A DNA stretch of 64,000 nucleotides from Nitrososphaerota archaeon. GTDB taxonomy: Archaea > Thermoproteota > Nitrososphaeria_A > Caldarchaeales > Caldarchaeaceae. The position numbers were made by a program, and so were the translations under genes. Shown here in pieces: positions 17,270-27,496 of this stretch. The stretch spans positions 320,001 to 384,000 of the forward strand of contig JBEPYN010000001.1 of NCBI GenBank assembly GCA_041641305.1. Reading direction: 5' to 3'. The notes beneath the pieces are model-generated. The model saw only the letters and a list, made by a program, of their open reading frames with translations, ran no database searches and had not been told where the DNA came from. Each line of letters opens with the position of its first letter. Within the stretch, counting starts at the first letter, position 1.

Positions 17270-18604
17270 ATGACCACAGCCTCTTTATCTGAGCCTGAGA
17301 CGGCTTATAACAGGGTTCTCGACCTCCTCGAAAAACACCATGCGATGATGAGAAGGTCTCTTCCTCTCATCGCGAGCGAAAACGTCGTCAGCCCAGCCGT
17401 CCGAGAAGCCTTGGTAAGCGACTTTATGCATAGATATGCTGAGGGGTGGCCCGGTGAGAGGCTGTACGCGGGCTGCAAACACATCGACGAGGTGGAGCTT
17501 TTGGCCATAGAGTTGGGGAAAGCCGTTTACCGGGCCGAGTTCGTGGACGTCAGACCCATCTCAGGAGTGGTGGCGAACCTCGTGGCCTACTCAACTTTTG
17601 CGAGACCCGGAGACATGATGGTGGCGCTCACAATCCCCCACGGCGGACACATCAGCCACGGCAAAGAAAAGTGGGGTGGAACAGCTGGTGTCGTTAGGGG
17701 CCTCGATGTCGAGCGTTACGAGTTTGACGAGGAGAACTGCGCAATAGACGTCGACGCCACCGCTAGAAGGCTGCGAAAAATAGAGGCCGAGACGGGTAAG
17801 AAGCCGAGGCTGTTCATGCTCGGAGCCAGCGTTTTCCTATTTCCCCACCCTGTCAAAGAAATAAGAAGCCTCGCCGACCAGTATGGTGCATATGTTGTTT
17901 ATGACGCGGCTCATGTGGCTGGGTTAATAGCGGGAGGCCTGTTCCAGGACCCGTTGAGGGAAGGGGCTGACTGCATTACCATGAGCACCCACAAAACCTT
18001 GGCAGGGCCTCAGCACGGCATGGTTGTATCATGGAACAAGTATAGCGAGAGGTTGAAGCAAGTGGCTTTCCCAGGCCTGTTATCCAATCATCATCTCCAC
18101 GCCGTAGCAGGACTAGCCATAGCTCTTGCAGAAGCTCTCGCCTTTTACAGGGAATACGCGGCCCAGATAATCAAGAACGCGAAAATCCTCGCTGAGACTC
18201 TCTATGAGCTCGGCATAGATGTTCTTTACCCCAACAAGGGCTTTACAGAGTCTCACACAATCGTCGCCGATGTTTCAAAGTATATGGATGGTAGGACGGC
18301 GGAGGAGAAGCTTGAGCAGGCGGGGATAATCGTGAACCGCAACCTTATACCCAAGGACTACAGGCTCAAAACAGATTACAGAAGACCCAGCGGAATAAGG
18401 CTTGGCAGCCAAGAAGTGACGAGGCTGGGGATGAAGGAGTCTGAGATGAAGCAGATAGCCGAGTTCATCGCGGACGTCATCGTCAGGGGCAAAGACCCCA
18501 AACAGGTTGCGGAAGATGTGGCGGAGTTCAGGAGCGGTTACCGTAAAGTGCACTACTGCTTTGAGAACGCGACAGGAGCATATGACTACATCAGGATAAG
18601 GTGA
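17270..18604 (+). CDS. glyA: serine hydroxymethyltransferase, archaeal type
   Basis: LIASEN, RYAEG, GGHISH, YDAAHVAGL, STHKTL.GPQ and GIRLG motifs. Confidence 0.97.
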   Translation: MTTASLSEPETAYNRVLDLLEKHHAMMRRSLPLIASENVVSPAVREALVSDFMHRYAEGWPGERLYAGCKHIDEVELLAIELGKAVYRAEFVDVRPISGVVANLVAYSTFARPGDMMVALTIPHGGHISHGKEKWGGTAGVVRGLDVERYEFDEENCAIDVDATARRLRKIEAETGKKPRLFMLGASVFLFPHPVKEIRSLADQYGAYVVYDAAHVAGLIAGGLFQDPLREGADCITMSTHKTLAGPQHGMVVSWNKYSERLKQVAFPGLLSNHHLHAVAGLAIALAEALAFYREYAAQIIKNAKILAETLYELGIDVLYPNKGFTESHTIVADVSKYMDGRTAEEKLEQAGIIVNRNLIPKDYRLKTDYRRPSGIRLGSQEVTRLGMKESEMKQIAEFIADVIVRGKDPKQVAEDVAEFRSGYRKVHYCFENATGAYDYIRIR

Positions 18605-18611
18605 GATAGAG

Positions 18612-19322
18612 ATGTCGGATGACTATGTGCTGGTGGTGGAGAATTTGAAGAAGGTTTACCGTAACAACGGCATCGAAACCGTCGCCTTAAACGGTGTCGA
18701 CTTCAAGGTTAGGCGGGGGGAAATGGTTGCCATAGTCGGCCCAAGTGGAAGCGGCAAGTCAACTCTTCTAAACATGTTGGGTGCGCTTGATAGGCCAACC
18801 GAGGGGAGAGTGTTAATCGATGGTGTTGACATAAGCCATGCCGACGACAACAAAAGAGCCCTCATCAGAAACAAGTTGATAGGCTTTGTCTTCCAATCCT
18901 ACAACCTCATCAACAGGTTGACAGCATTAAAAAACGTCGAAATGCCGCTGGCCATACAGAACGTGCCTGAGCAGGAGCGGCGGAGACTGGCTCTCGAGAT
19001 GCTGAGGGAGGTAGGTCTCGAGTCCAAGGCATACAAGAAGCCGACACAGCTAAGCGGCGGAGAACAGCAAAGGGTTGCCGTCGCAAGGGCCCTCGTAACA
19101 AAGCCCAGCATAATCCTCGCGGACGAGCCGACGGGAAACCTTGACTCCAAGTCGGGAGCCGTCGTGGTCCAGCTCCTCAAGGATTTGGCGCGGAAAGGCC
19201 ACACAGTCATCGTCGTAACACACAACATGGAAGTCGCCCGCGAAGCCGACAGAATAATCTACATCAGAGACGGCAAAATCGAGAAAGAGGAGATAAACAC
19301 GCTCACGGTGCAGCAGGCATGA
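18612..19322 (+). CDS. ABC transporter ATP-binding protein (LolD/MacB type)
   Basis: GPSGSGKST, GFVFQSYNL, LSGGEQQRVA, ADEPTGNLD. Confidence 0.95.
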   Translation: MSDDYVLVVENLKKVYRNNGIETVALNGVDFKVRRGEMVAIVGPSGSGKSTLLNMLGALDRPTEGRVLIDGVDISHADDNKRALIRNKLIGFVFQSYNLINRLTALKNVEMPLAIQNVPEQERRRLALEMLREVGLESKAYKKPTQLSGGEQQRVAVARALVTKPSIILADEPTGNLDSKSGAVVVQLLKDLARKGHTVIVVTHNMEVAREADRIIYIRDGKIEKEEINTLTVQQA

Positions 19323-21289
19323 GAGCTCTTACAACAACGATCCTTATCTCTCTATTGCTGGCTTTCCCGGCTTCGCTTCTCTCAGCAGGCTCCTCAACCA
19401 TTCAGCTTATCGATGTTTTCTGGGGAAACGTCGGAAACCCCGAGAAAGCGGTTCCAGGGGACCAGAAGATAGACCTGACCATAACAGTCGCAAACATAGG
19501 AAACAAGCCTCTCTGCGCACTTGTCGGCGAGCTGTATCCGAGACCGGGCGAGTCTCTGCCCATCACAAGCTGGGACAGCAGACCAACCCTGTCTGCGAGC
19601 GTGGCCACTCCTGTCCAGCCCGGTGCAACAGCCTCGCTCACATACAAGGTGAACGTGAGATCCGATGTGGTCCCTGGTGTTTATACGGCTGAGCTGAGGC
19701 TAACCTACCGCGACTGCACCTCCACAAATGATCTTCTCCCCCAATCCTCTCAAACCATCCCTCTGAACCTTGTCGTCTACGAGCCGCAGAAGCCGAAGTT
19801 CATAGACTATAGATGGCTTGTGGACGGTGTTGAGGCATCTGTGGGGCCGGGGACGGGGCAGGCTGTTTTGGAGCTTGTCTTCGAGGCTCCTGTTGAGTCG
19901 TCTGTGGCGAATGTGGAGGGCTGGTTAACGCTGCCCGATGAATTCGGCGGCGGAGTTGTTTACGCAAACTATCTTCAACAGGTTCCTGCATCGGGTGTTT
20001 TCAGGCTCACATTCCCCCTGATTGTCCCTGAGACGGTGCAGCTAGGGGAGAAAAACTTCGGCATTAGCCTAAGGTATCGCAACAAGTTCGGCACAGTCAT
20101 CCAAGCTGATTACACGGTTTCCGTGAATGTAGGCGGACGGGCAGAAATAGCCGCAATCATATACACTCCATCCTTCTCAGCCAACAGCATCTCAATCCTG
20201 AAATATCTAATCACCAACAACGGAACAGCACCCGCATACAACGCTGAGCTAAACATCCGCAGCGAAATCCCAACCATCAGAGTTCTCCAGCCTGTATACT
20301 CGCTCGGGACAGTAGAGCCCGGGCAAACAATCGAGATCCCTGTCCCGATATTCATAGACAAATCTACTCAGGCATCGTTATACGGATTGTCGTCGGCAAT
20401 CACCTACCGAGATGTCTACGGCAACGTCCGTCGAAAGGAGTTCAACATGCCTTTCGTGGTTGAGGAAAATGCCAAGCCCGGGTTCACGGCACGTGCCACA
20501 CAGCCCTTCATAGCTGCAGCCCACACAACACCCGTCACAATCATCTTCACCAACAAAAACCCCTTCCCAACAAAAGACGTGAAAATAACAATACGCTCAT
20601 CCTCCCAGCAAGTCGTCATCATCGAAGGAGACACAGACCTCTTCATCCCAGTCATCGGACCCGGTCAAACAATATCCACCGAGATTAAGCTCCTCGCCGT
20701 CCCACAGGCCGGAGACACAGTAATCCCGCTCAAAGCATCGCTAGAATACAAGGACGACATAGGTCTAACAGTTGAGGAAACACTTGACATAAACTTCGCA
20801 GTCATCGCAGACATCTCGATAAGGCTCCAGAACCTCGCTCTCTCCCCCCAGAGCGCACGGCCCGGAGAAGCTGTCGACGTCGCCGGCGACGTAGTCAACG
20901 AGGGGACAGGGTTGGCCCGCGCAGTCTACGTCGAGATAGATGGTCAGCCGCCTTTCAAGGCCTTAGGAGAATCATCAACCTTCATAGGACAGATTAACCC
21001 ATCTCAGGTAGCCGCCTTCACCCTCAACTTCATGGTCGACGACCAGGCAAAACCGGGAACATACGAAGTGGTCGTGAGAGTTGTATACAAAAACGGCTTT
21101 GGCGAAGAGTTCCAAACATCCAAAACGCTAGTGTATCAGGTGGTTGAGAGACAGCCGACAACTGTCTTACTGCCTCAGGCAGAGTCTGCCTCACCTCTGA
21201 ACCCGTTTATCGTTTTACTCGTTGTCGCCGCGGCTTTGGCAGCGGTCATCCTGGTTGTGCGGAGGCGTGGACGCCGTGAAACCGGCTGA
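19319..21289 (+). CDS. COG1361-like S-layer/Ig-domain surface protein
   Basis: Signal peptide, repeated NxG..A / PG.Y...L.Y Ig-like units, C-terminal TM plus RRR; lies between ABC ATPase and permease. Confidence 0.8.
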   Translation: MRALTTTILISLLLAFPASLLSAGSSTIQLIDVFWGNVGNPEKAVPGDQKIDLTITVANIGNKPLCALVGELYPRPGESLPITSWDSRPTLSASVATPVQPGATASLTYKVNVRSDVVPGVYTAELRLTYRDCTSTNDLLPQSSQTIPLNLVVYEPQKPKFIDYRWLVDGVEASVGPGTGQAVLELVFEAPVESSVANVEGWLTLPDEFGGGVVYANYLQQVPASGVFRLTFPLIVPETVQLGEKNFGISLRYRNKFGTVIQADYTVSVNVGGRAEIAAIIYTPSFSANSISILKYLITNNGTAPAYNAELNIRSEIPTIRVLQPVYSLGTVEPGQTIEIPVPIFIDKSTQASLYGLSSAITYRDVYGNVRRKEFNMPFVVEENAKPGFTARATQPFIAAAHTTPVTIIFTNKNPFPTKDVKITIRSSSQQVVIIEGDTDLFIPVIGPGQTISTEIKLLAVPQAGDTVIPLKASLEYKDDIGLTVEETLDINFAVIADISIRLQNLALSPQSARPGEAVDVAGDVVNEGTGLARAVYVEIDGQPPFKALGESSTFIGQINPSQVAAFTLNFMVDDQAKPGTYEVVVRVVYKNGFGEEFQTSKTLVYQVVERQPTTVLLPQAESASPLNPFIVLLVVAAALAAVILVVRRRGRRETG

Positions 21290-22517
21290 CTACATCAGAT
21301 ATGCTTGGTCAGCGCTTAAGGACAGGAGGCTTAGAACAACTCTGACTGTGCTGGGCATAGTCGTGGGCCCCGCCTTGATAACCGCCCTCAACGCAACCAC
21401 CGCAGGCCTAACACAATCCATCGTCTCAAACCTAGAAGTCTTCGGAACAGACCTCGTCCTCGTCCAGCGTGTAGGCGACTTCAACTTTGACGACAACGTA
21501 GTAAATTACATCAGCTCGCTGGAGGGTGTGAAAGAGACCTTTCCCTATTATCTGATTGCCTCTGGTGAGATAAGGACGCGTGGCAAATCTTTCTCCATGG
21601 ATCCTACGAGGTCATACACGGTTCTCGCCGTCGAACTGAGAGACCTGCCCAAACTCTTCCCAAGCATAAAAGTCGACTCGGGCACCATTATTGACAACCC
21701 CTCGGCCGCCGTCGTGGGCTACAACGCCTGGAACCCACGTGACCCCGACCTACCCCCCATAGATGTCGGCTCTATCTTCACGGTTTCACCTCTCTCGGGA
21801 ACAGGTACATCACGCTCCTTCACGGTGACCGCGCGCCTCGGCAAATATGGGCAATCTCTTTTCCTCAACCCGGACAACCAGATATTTGTATCACCTGAGG
21901 CCGGTAGATTGATAACCAACAGGAGAAGCTACAGCGGCGTCTTCGTTAAGCTAACAGAGCCCGGTTACAGCGACCAAGTCGTCCTCGCCATAGAGCAAAA
22001 ATATGGTGGAGATGTACGCGTCTTCTCAATCACCGCTATAGCGGCGACCGTTCAACAGATAATCGGAACACTGAACGTCTTCTTCTCGACGGTTGCTTCG
22101 ATGAGTCTCCTCGTCGCATTTCTCGGCATCATGACGACGATGTTTACGTCGGTGACGGAGCGTGTTCGGGAGATCGGGTTGATTAAGGCTCTTGGCTTCC
22201 GCACCCGAGACGTGCTTTTCAGCTTCATCTCCGAAGCTCTGATAATCGGCATTCTCGGAGGACTTTTTGGAACAGCCATAGGAGTCGGAGCCGCTTTCGC
22301 CCTCGCAAACATATTCTCAGGACCGCCGGCAGACGCACGACCAGGAAGCTTCGTCACGGGGCCCTCGGGCGAGGGGCCGCGGATAACTCCTCTGATATCG
22401 CCTGAGCTGATTTTGATGGGTGTGGTGGTCGCGGTCGGTGTCTCGGTTCTCGCAGGCCTGCTGCCGGCCTACAGGGCGTCGAGATTCGAGCCCGTCGAGG
22501 CTCTTCGACGAGAGTAG
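21276..22517 (+). CDS. ABC transporter permease (MacB/FtsX family)
   Basis: RRLRTTLTVLGIVVG, SVTERVREIGLIKALG, PAYRASRFEPVEALR. Confidence 0.93.
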   Translation: MKPADYIRYAWSALKDRRLRTTLTVLGIVVGPALITALNATTAGLTQSIVSNLEVFGTDLVLVQRVGDFNFDDNVVNYISSLEGVKETFPYYLIASGEIRTRGKSFSMDPTRSYTVLAVELRDLPKLFPSIKVDSGTIIDNPSAAVVGYNAWNPRDPDLPPIDVGSIFTVSPLSGTGTSRSFTVTARLGKYGQSLFLNPDNQIFVSPEAGRLITNRRSYSGVFVKLTEPGYSDQVVLAIEQKYGGDVRVFSITAIAATVQQIIGTLNVFFSTVASMSLLVAFLGIMTTMFTSVTERVREIGLIKALGFRTRDVLFSFISEALIIGILGGLFGTAIGVGAAFALANIFSGPPADARPGSFVTGPSGEGPRITPLISPELILMGVVVAVGVSVLAGLLPAYRASRFEPVEALRRE

Positions 22518-22556
22518 CTGACTGTGTTTTTATTGTGGCTGGTGCCGAGATAAGCT

Positions 22557-23840
22557 GTGCTGAACATCAAGGCGGTGAGAGCTAACCCAGGTTTCTACAG
22601 AACTGGAATGGAAAAGCGGCGCCGGCCAGCCGAAATAGTGGATGAGATACTTGCATTAGACGAGGAAAAGAGGTCCACCCTCAAATCGCTTCAGGAGCTG
22701 CGACATAGAAGAAACGTGGCGGCGGAGAAGATAGCGGCAGCCAAGAAACGCGGGGAAAAAACAGACCACGTCCTTCTCGAGATGCAGAAGGTCAACCGGG
22801 AGATCGAGGATCTGGAGGCCCGGCTCATAGATGTTGAGAAAAAGCTTGAGATGCTTCTCAAAACAGCTCCCAACCCGCCGCATGAGTCTGTGCCCGACGG
22901 CGAGACGGAGGAGGATAATGTTGTGGTCAGGAGCTGGGGTGAGCCGAGAACAGAGGAGTGGATGAAGGACCATGTTGATATTCTCACGGGCCTGGGGCTC
23001 GTCGACCTCGAAACCGCAGCCAAGGTTGCGGGCGCGCGGTTCTACTACTTGTTTGACGACCTTGTTCTCCTCAACTGGGCCCTTGTCCAATATGGGCTCG
23101 ACTTCTTAAAAGGTAAGGGCTTCAGGCTGGTGCAGCCGCCGTACATGCTTACAAGGCGGGTTATGGAGGGTGTTGTGAGCTTTCAAGATTTTGAGGACAT
23201 GCTTTACAAGGTTGAGGGCGAAGACCTCTACCTCATAGGAACGGCTGAGCATCCGCTCGCGGGATTGCACGCGGGTGAAATCCTTGACGGCAGAAAACTT
23301 CCTCTACGCTATGCTGGGATTAGTCCCTGCTTCAGGAAAGAGGCGGGCGCCCATGGCAAAGACACCAAAGGCATCTTCAGGGTTCACCAGTTTGAGAAGG
23401 TTGAGCAGTTCAGCTTCACGAAGCCGAGCCAGTCGTGGCCTGAGCACGAGTTCCTGATATCCAACGCCGAGGAACTGTACAGGAGCCTCGGCCTACCATA
23501 CAGGGTTGTAAACATATGCGTAGGGGAGCTGGGCCCCGTTGCAGCCAAGAAATACGACCTCGAGGTATGGATCCCTGCCCAGAACAAATACCGTGAAGTG
23601 GTTTCATGCAGCAACTGCACAGACTACCAAGCCGTAGGCCTCGGCATAAGATACAGAGAGGCCCCCCACATAGAGGAGACCGACTACGTCCACACCCTTA
23701 ACAGCACCTTGATAGCGACCGAGAGAACAATAGTGGCAATCCTCGAGAATTACCAGACACGTGACGGAGCGGTCGAGATACCGGAGCCGCTTCAGCCCTA
23801 TCTCCATGGACAGAAAATGATCAAGCCAGCCGCTCGATAG
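22557..23840 (+). CDS. serS: seryl-tRNA synthetase
   Basis: N-terminal coiled coil, LIGTAE, CFRKEAG..G+DTKGIFRVHQFEKVE, EVVSCSNCTDYQ, HTLN. Confidence 0.98.
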   Translation: MLNIKAVRANPGFYRTGMEKRRRPAEIVDEILALDEEKRSTLKSLQELRHRRNVAAEKIAAAKKRGEKTDHVLLEMQKVNREIEDLEARLIDVEKKLEMLLKTAPNPPHESVPDGETEEDNVVVRSWGEPRTEEWMKDHVDILTGLGLVDLETAAKVAGARFYYLFDDLVLLNWALVQYGLDFLKGKGFRLVQPPYMLTRRVMEGVVSFQDFEDMLYKVEGEDLYLIGTAEHPLAGLHAGEILDGRKLPLRYAGISPCFRKEAGAHGKDTKGIFRVHQFEKVEQFSFTKPSQSWPEHEFLISNAEELYRSLGLPYRVVNICVGELGPVAAKKYDLEVWIPAQNKYREVVSCSNCTDYQAVGLGIRYREAPHIEETDYVHTLNSTLIATERTIVAILENYQTRDGAVEIPEPLQPYLHGQKMIKPAAR

Positions 23841-25152
23841 AGCGTGTAATATGTTCGGCGAGGCTTCGCGGGTTCTCGAGGACGGGGAGCTCGGCGGAGC
23901 GAAGTAGATAGCTTGCAGACGCCATGGAGAGAAGCGGGTCCGCCCCGGATGAGATGAACCATGCGACCAGAGCCGCTGCGTAAGCGAAGTGGCTCTGTTT
24001 GACCGGCCTGCCAAGCCAGTTGGCTAGAGATTTTACACCGTTAGATATCATGTCCACTTCGCCGACGACATACACCGGAGCAGCAAGCTTTCTGCACAGC
24101 TCCTCCACATCCTTCAGATAATCTCCGTGTTTTTCCCTGAAATCTTGCAGCATCGGCTTATCGCTCCACAGGACGTATATGGGGTTTATCAGATAGCCAG
24201 CGGGTGCGGTGAGGACGATGGGCTGGCTTCGCGGGAGAAATGGCTTGATGCTCGATGGGTTTACATCGGGTGATAGGAGGACTGCGCGGGAAGACGCGAC
24301 CGCGTACCTGAGCTCAGGGTTCTCAACCAGCATGTTTAGGTCGCAGAAGGCTGTGAAGCCTTTCAACCCCGTGAGAAAATCCCGGACAAAATCAACCGGG
24401 CCCCTCTCGCCAAAAACATATGCAAGCCGAGCCGAAGAAAGCTTGCCCAAGCCAATCCTTCTCAGCAAAAGCTTCAGCTGCCCAGGGCCCGCGAGAAACG
24501 CGGCCTCAGAAGGCATCCCTATCGGCTCAACAACAGTTTTTTCCAGAAACTTCTGATGTGCAGGCTTTTTCATGTGAAGAGCTACGATTATGTCTGGCTC
24601 GAAGTATGTTTCGCCCTCGCCTGTGTCTGTGTCGAGGCCGGTTGGTAGGTCGACGGCGAGCTTGGTGCAGTTTACGGTGTTGGCGAGTTTTATCGCTGTT
24701 TTGTAGAGGTCGGGGAGCCCTGGCTTCGCACCCGTCCCCAGCACAGCGTCTACGACGGCGTCAACCTCCTCAAACACGTTAGCAAGATCGAGAAGCTTCT
24801 CAACAGTGCCTACGGTAAACAGCCTTATAGAAGCCCTCATGTTCTGAACAGCCTCAAAATTTACACGCGCCTCAACAGTCTTTATCTTCTCCGGGTCGGC
24901 GAGAAGAAACACGGTTACGTCGGCGCCCATACAGGCAAGGTGCCGTGCCGCTGCAAATCCGTCTCCCCCGTTGTTCCCAGGCCCACATAAAATGAGCACC
25001 TTTTTTCCAGCGGCTTGGCCCAGTCGAGAGACAAGGCGGCGAGCTACAGCCGCGCCCGCGTTCTCCATCAGCATAAGCCTCGAAACACCCATGTAGCCAG
25101 AGTTCTCATCCCAAACCATCATATCCTCCGATGAAACAACGTCGGAAACCAA
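23821..25152 (-). CDS. nnrE: NAD(P)H-hydrate epimerase (YjeF_N) with degenerate C-terminal dehydratase-like domain
   Basis: LMENAG, CGPGNNGGDG, VDAVLGTG and AVDLPTG motifs; the C-terminal half lacks NnrD motifs. Confidence 0.88.
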   Translation of the reverse strand: MVSDVVSSEDMMVWDENSGYMGVSRLMLMENAGAAVARRLVSRLGQAAGKKVLILCGPGNNGGDGFAAARHLACMGADVTVFLLADPEKIKTVEARVNFEAVQNMRASIRLFTVGTVEKLLDLANVFEEVDAVVDAVLGTGAKPGLPDLYKTAIKLANTVNCTKLAVDLPTGLDTDTGEGETYFEPDIIVALHMKKPAHQKFLEKTVVEPIGMPSEAAFLAGPGQLKLLLRRIGLGKLSSARLAYVFGERGPVDFVRDFLTGLKGFTAFCDLNMLVENPELRYAVASSRAVLLSPDVNPSSIKPFLPRSQPIVLTAPAGYLINPIYVLWSDKPMLQDFREKHGDYLKDVEELCRKLAAPVYVVGEVDMISNGVKSLANWLGRPVKQSHFAYAAALVAWFISSGADPLLSMASASYLLRSAELPVLENPRSLAEHITRSIERLA

Positions 25153-25288
25153 TCCAACCCCATCCCCGCCCCCTGTTTATATAAACGTTAAACAACAGCC
25201 AATACCCACGTATCGCCGCAACCTTACCCAGCAAATCCACGGATACCTATTCAAACACATATATACATCCAAAATAGGCTGTAGATTT

Positions 25289-26578
25289 GTGAAAAGAAGT
25301 TTAGTCAAAGCTGTATCGAGAACGGTGACGATTGTTGTAGTTGCGGTGGTTGTCATAGCGGCGGTCGTGGGCATCAGCGTTTTCACCAGAGTTCTGCCTC
25401 TTATGCAGCCTACCTCCAGCGTTTCAGAGATAAAAGTGGGATTAGTTGAGCCTCTCAGCGGTAACTACGCCGTCTTCGGCAACGAGGCCCGCATGGCTGC
25501 GGAGTTAGTGATTGAAGAAATTAATAGCAAAGGCGGTATAGCCAGCTTGGGCGGCGCCAAGCTCAAGCTATTTGTCGAGGACAGCAAAAGCACCGCCGAC
25601 GGCGCGAGACTCGCGGCTGAAAAGCTCGTCAACGTAGACAAGGTTCACGTGATTATCGGGGCGTTCATCAGCTCCCATACACTCACGATGCTCGACGTCA
25701 CAGAGCCGAAGAAAGTGGTGGTTATGGCGGACGCTCTCGTCGATTACCTCACCGCACGCGGCTTCAAATACATCGTCAGGCTGCCACCCAAGGCATCCGC
25801 CCACGGAGCAACAGCCGTAGACTTCGCCATCGGAGTCTTCCAGCAAAACGGTATGAAAATTCAGCGGCCAGTCATAGTGCATTTTGACGGGTTGTTCGGG
25901 GAGGTTACAGCAGACGGTGTATACACAAGACTCCGAGACCTCGGCATAAGACCTGTTGACCGTATAAAGTATCCCACCGACATAACAGATATGTCTCCCA
26001 TAATTGAGAGGATTAGGCAGGCGAACCCCGATGTTGTCTTTGTGGTTCCATACTATGCAGACTCGGTTTTGTTCGCTAAAGCTGTTGCATCGCTTGGCCT
26101 GAAGGTTCCGCTTATAGTTGGTGCTGGTGGAACAGGGTTAGCCGACCCCGACTCAATTAAGGCTTCTGGAGAAGCTTCAGAGTTGATGACAAACACTTAC
26201 AGCTACGACCCGTTCCTGCCCACAAACTACAACAAACAGCTGGTTCAGGCTTTCCAGAACCGCTACGGTAAGCTTCCCACTGAGGCCGCCGGCATAATTT
26301 TCTACACCCTCTGGACTCTCAAGGAAGCGTTGGAGGTCAGTGGCAAAAACTATCCAGATGACCCACTTTCCGGCGATAACCTGATGAAGGCCTTCATGTC
26401 ATTAGACCTGACAAGCGGCCCCGCGGCGGAAACTTACCCATCGGGTCATATCAGGCTGGCACCCAACGGCGACAACCTATACGCCCAAGCAGTTGTTCTA
26501 CAGGTTCAGGGAGGCAAGCCGGTCCTCGTCTACCCATTCGACAAAGCACAGGCGAAACCGGTCTTCCCAAGACCTTAA
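25289..26578 (+). CDS. branched-chain amino acid type ABC substrate-binding protein
   Basis: N-terminal anchor, IKVGLVEPLSG..A..G, EINSKGGI; first gene of a liv-type operon. Confidence 0.9.
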   Translation: MKRSLVKAVSRTVTIVVVAVVVIAAVVGISVFTRVLPLMQPTSSVSEIKVGLVEPLSGNYAVFGNEARMAAELVIEEINSKGGIASLGGAKLKLFVEDSKSTADGARLAAEKLVNVDKVHVIIGAFISSHTLTMLDVTEPKKVVVMADALVDYLTARGFKYIVRLPPKASAHGATAVDFAIGVFQQNGMKIQRPVIVHFDGLFGEVTADGVYTRLRDLGIRPVDRIKYPTDITDMSPIIERIRQANPDVVFVVPYYADSVLFAKAVASLGLKVPLIVGAGGTGLADPDSIKASGEASELMTNTYSYDPFLPTNYNKQLVQAFQNRYGKLPTEAAGIIFYTLWTLKEALEVSGKNYPDDPLSGDNLMKAFMSLDLTSGPAAETYPSGHIRLAPNGDNLYAQAVVLQVQGGKPVLVYPFDKAQAKPVFPRP

Positions 26579-26597
26579 ACCCCACTCTTTTTTTATC
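26579..26597 (+). terminator. oligo(T) terminator after the substrate-binding protein gene
   Basis: CCCCACTCTTTTTTTAT directly after the stop; similar tracts follow the other SBP genes. Confidence 0.5.
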
Positions 26598-26614
26598 TAC
26601 ATGGGTGATTTGTC

Positions 26615-27493
26615 GTGATAGGTGCAGATTTCGGTGTCCAGCTCCTCCAAACTGTTTTGTTCGGTGTTATGTTGGGTGGTGTTTATGCTCTTGCCGCCAT
26701 GGGGTTGGCGCTTCTCTTCGGCGTCGCTAACCTCATCAACTTCGCCCACGGCGAATACATCATGCTCGCCATGTACATGGCATTTGTCTTCAGCGTCACG
26801 ATTTTCCAGGACCCTGTGCTCACACCCATTTTCAACATCCCACTCTTCTTCGGTATAGGTGTCCTAACATATCTCGGCATATTTAAGAGGCTTATCAACG
26901 CTCCTCCTCTTTCACAGATAGCTGCAACAGTCGGCATATTGGTGCTGCTTAGAAACCTCGCCCTCACGATTTGGGCTGCCGAGCCGAAGGCACCGCCCTA
27001 CACCGTTTTCGCGACATCGCTCAACATAGGGCCCATCGTTGTGCCTCTCGACAAGCTCCTCGCCATGGCGGTGAGCTTCGTAACCCTGTTTCTCCTCAAC
27101 ATGTTCCTGGAGAGGACCAGGCTCGGTGTTGCGATGAAGGCCTCCGCAGACGATGTGGAGGCGGTGTCGCTCATGGGCGTAGACACCAACCGCCTCTTCC
27201 TCCTTACAACAGGGATAAGCCTAGCCCTCGTAGGCCTCTCCGGCTCATTGATAATGACCTATCAAGCGGTTACACCAACCTCTGGACTGCTCTTCGGACT
27301 TCTAACATGGGCCATAGTCGCGTTGGCAGGTCTCGGAACGGTGAAAGGCGTCCTCATAGCCTCAATCATCTTCGGCTTAGCCGATGCATTGGCTTCGGGA
27401 CTTTGGGATCCACGTGGTAGAGAAATAGTCCTATACAGCCTCTTCATACTGATTCTCTGGGTTAAGCCCAAGGGTTTGTTCGGGAGGAGATAA
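26615..27493 (+). CDS. livH: ABC permease LivH-like
   Basis: YALAAMGLALLFG...INFAHGE, RTRLGVAMKA, KPKGLFG. Confidence 0.9.
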   Translation: MIGADFGVQLLQTVLFGVMLGGVYALAAMGLALLFGVANLINFAHGEYIMLAMYMAFVFSVTIFQDPVLTPIFNIPLFFGIGVLTYLGIFKRLINAPPLSQIAATVGILVLLRNLALTIWAAEPKAPPYTVFATSLNIGPIVVPLDKLLAMAVSFVTLFLLNMFLERTRLGVAMKASADDVEAVSLMGVDTNRLFLLTTGISLALVGLSGSLIMTYQAVTPTSGLLFGLLTWAIVALAGLGTVKGVLIASIIFGLADALASGLWDPRGREIVLYSLFILILWVKPKGLFGRR

Positions 27494-27496
27494 TCC

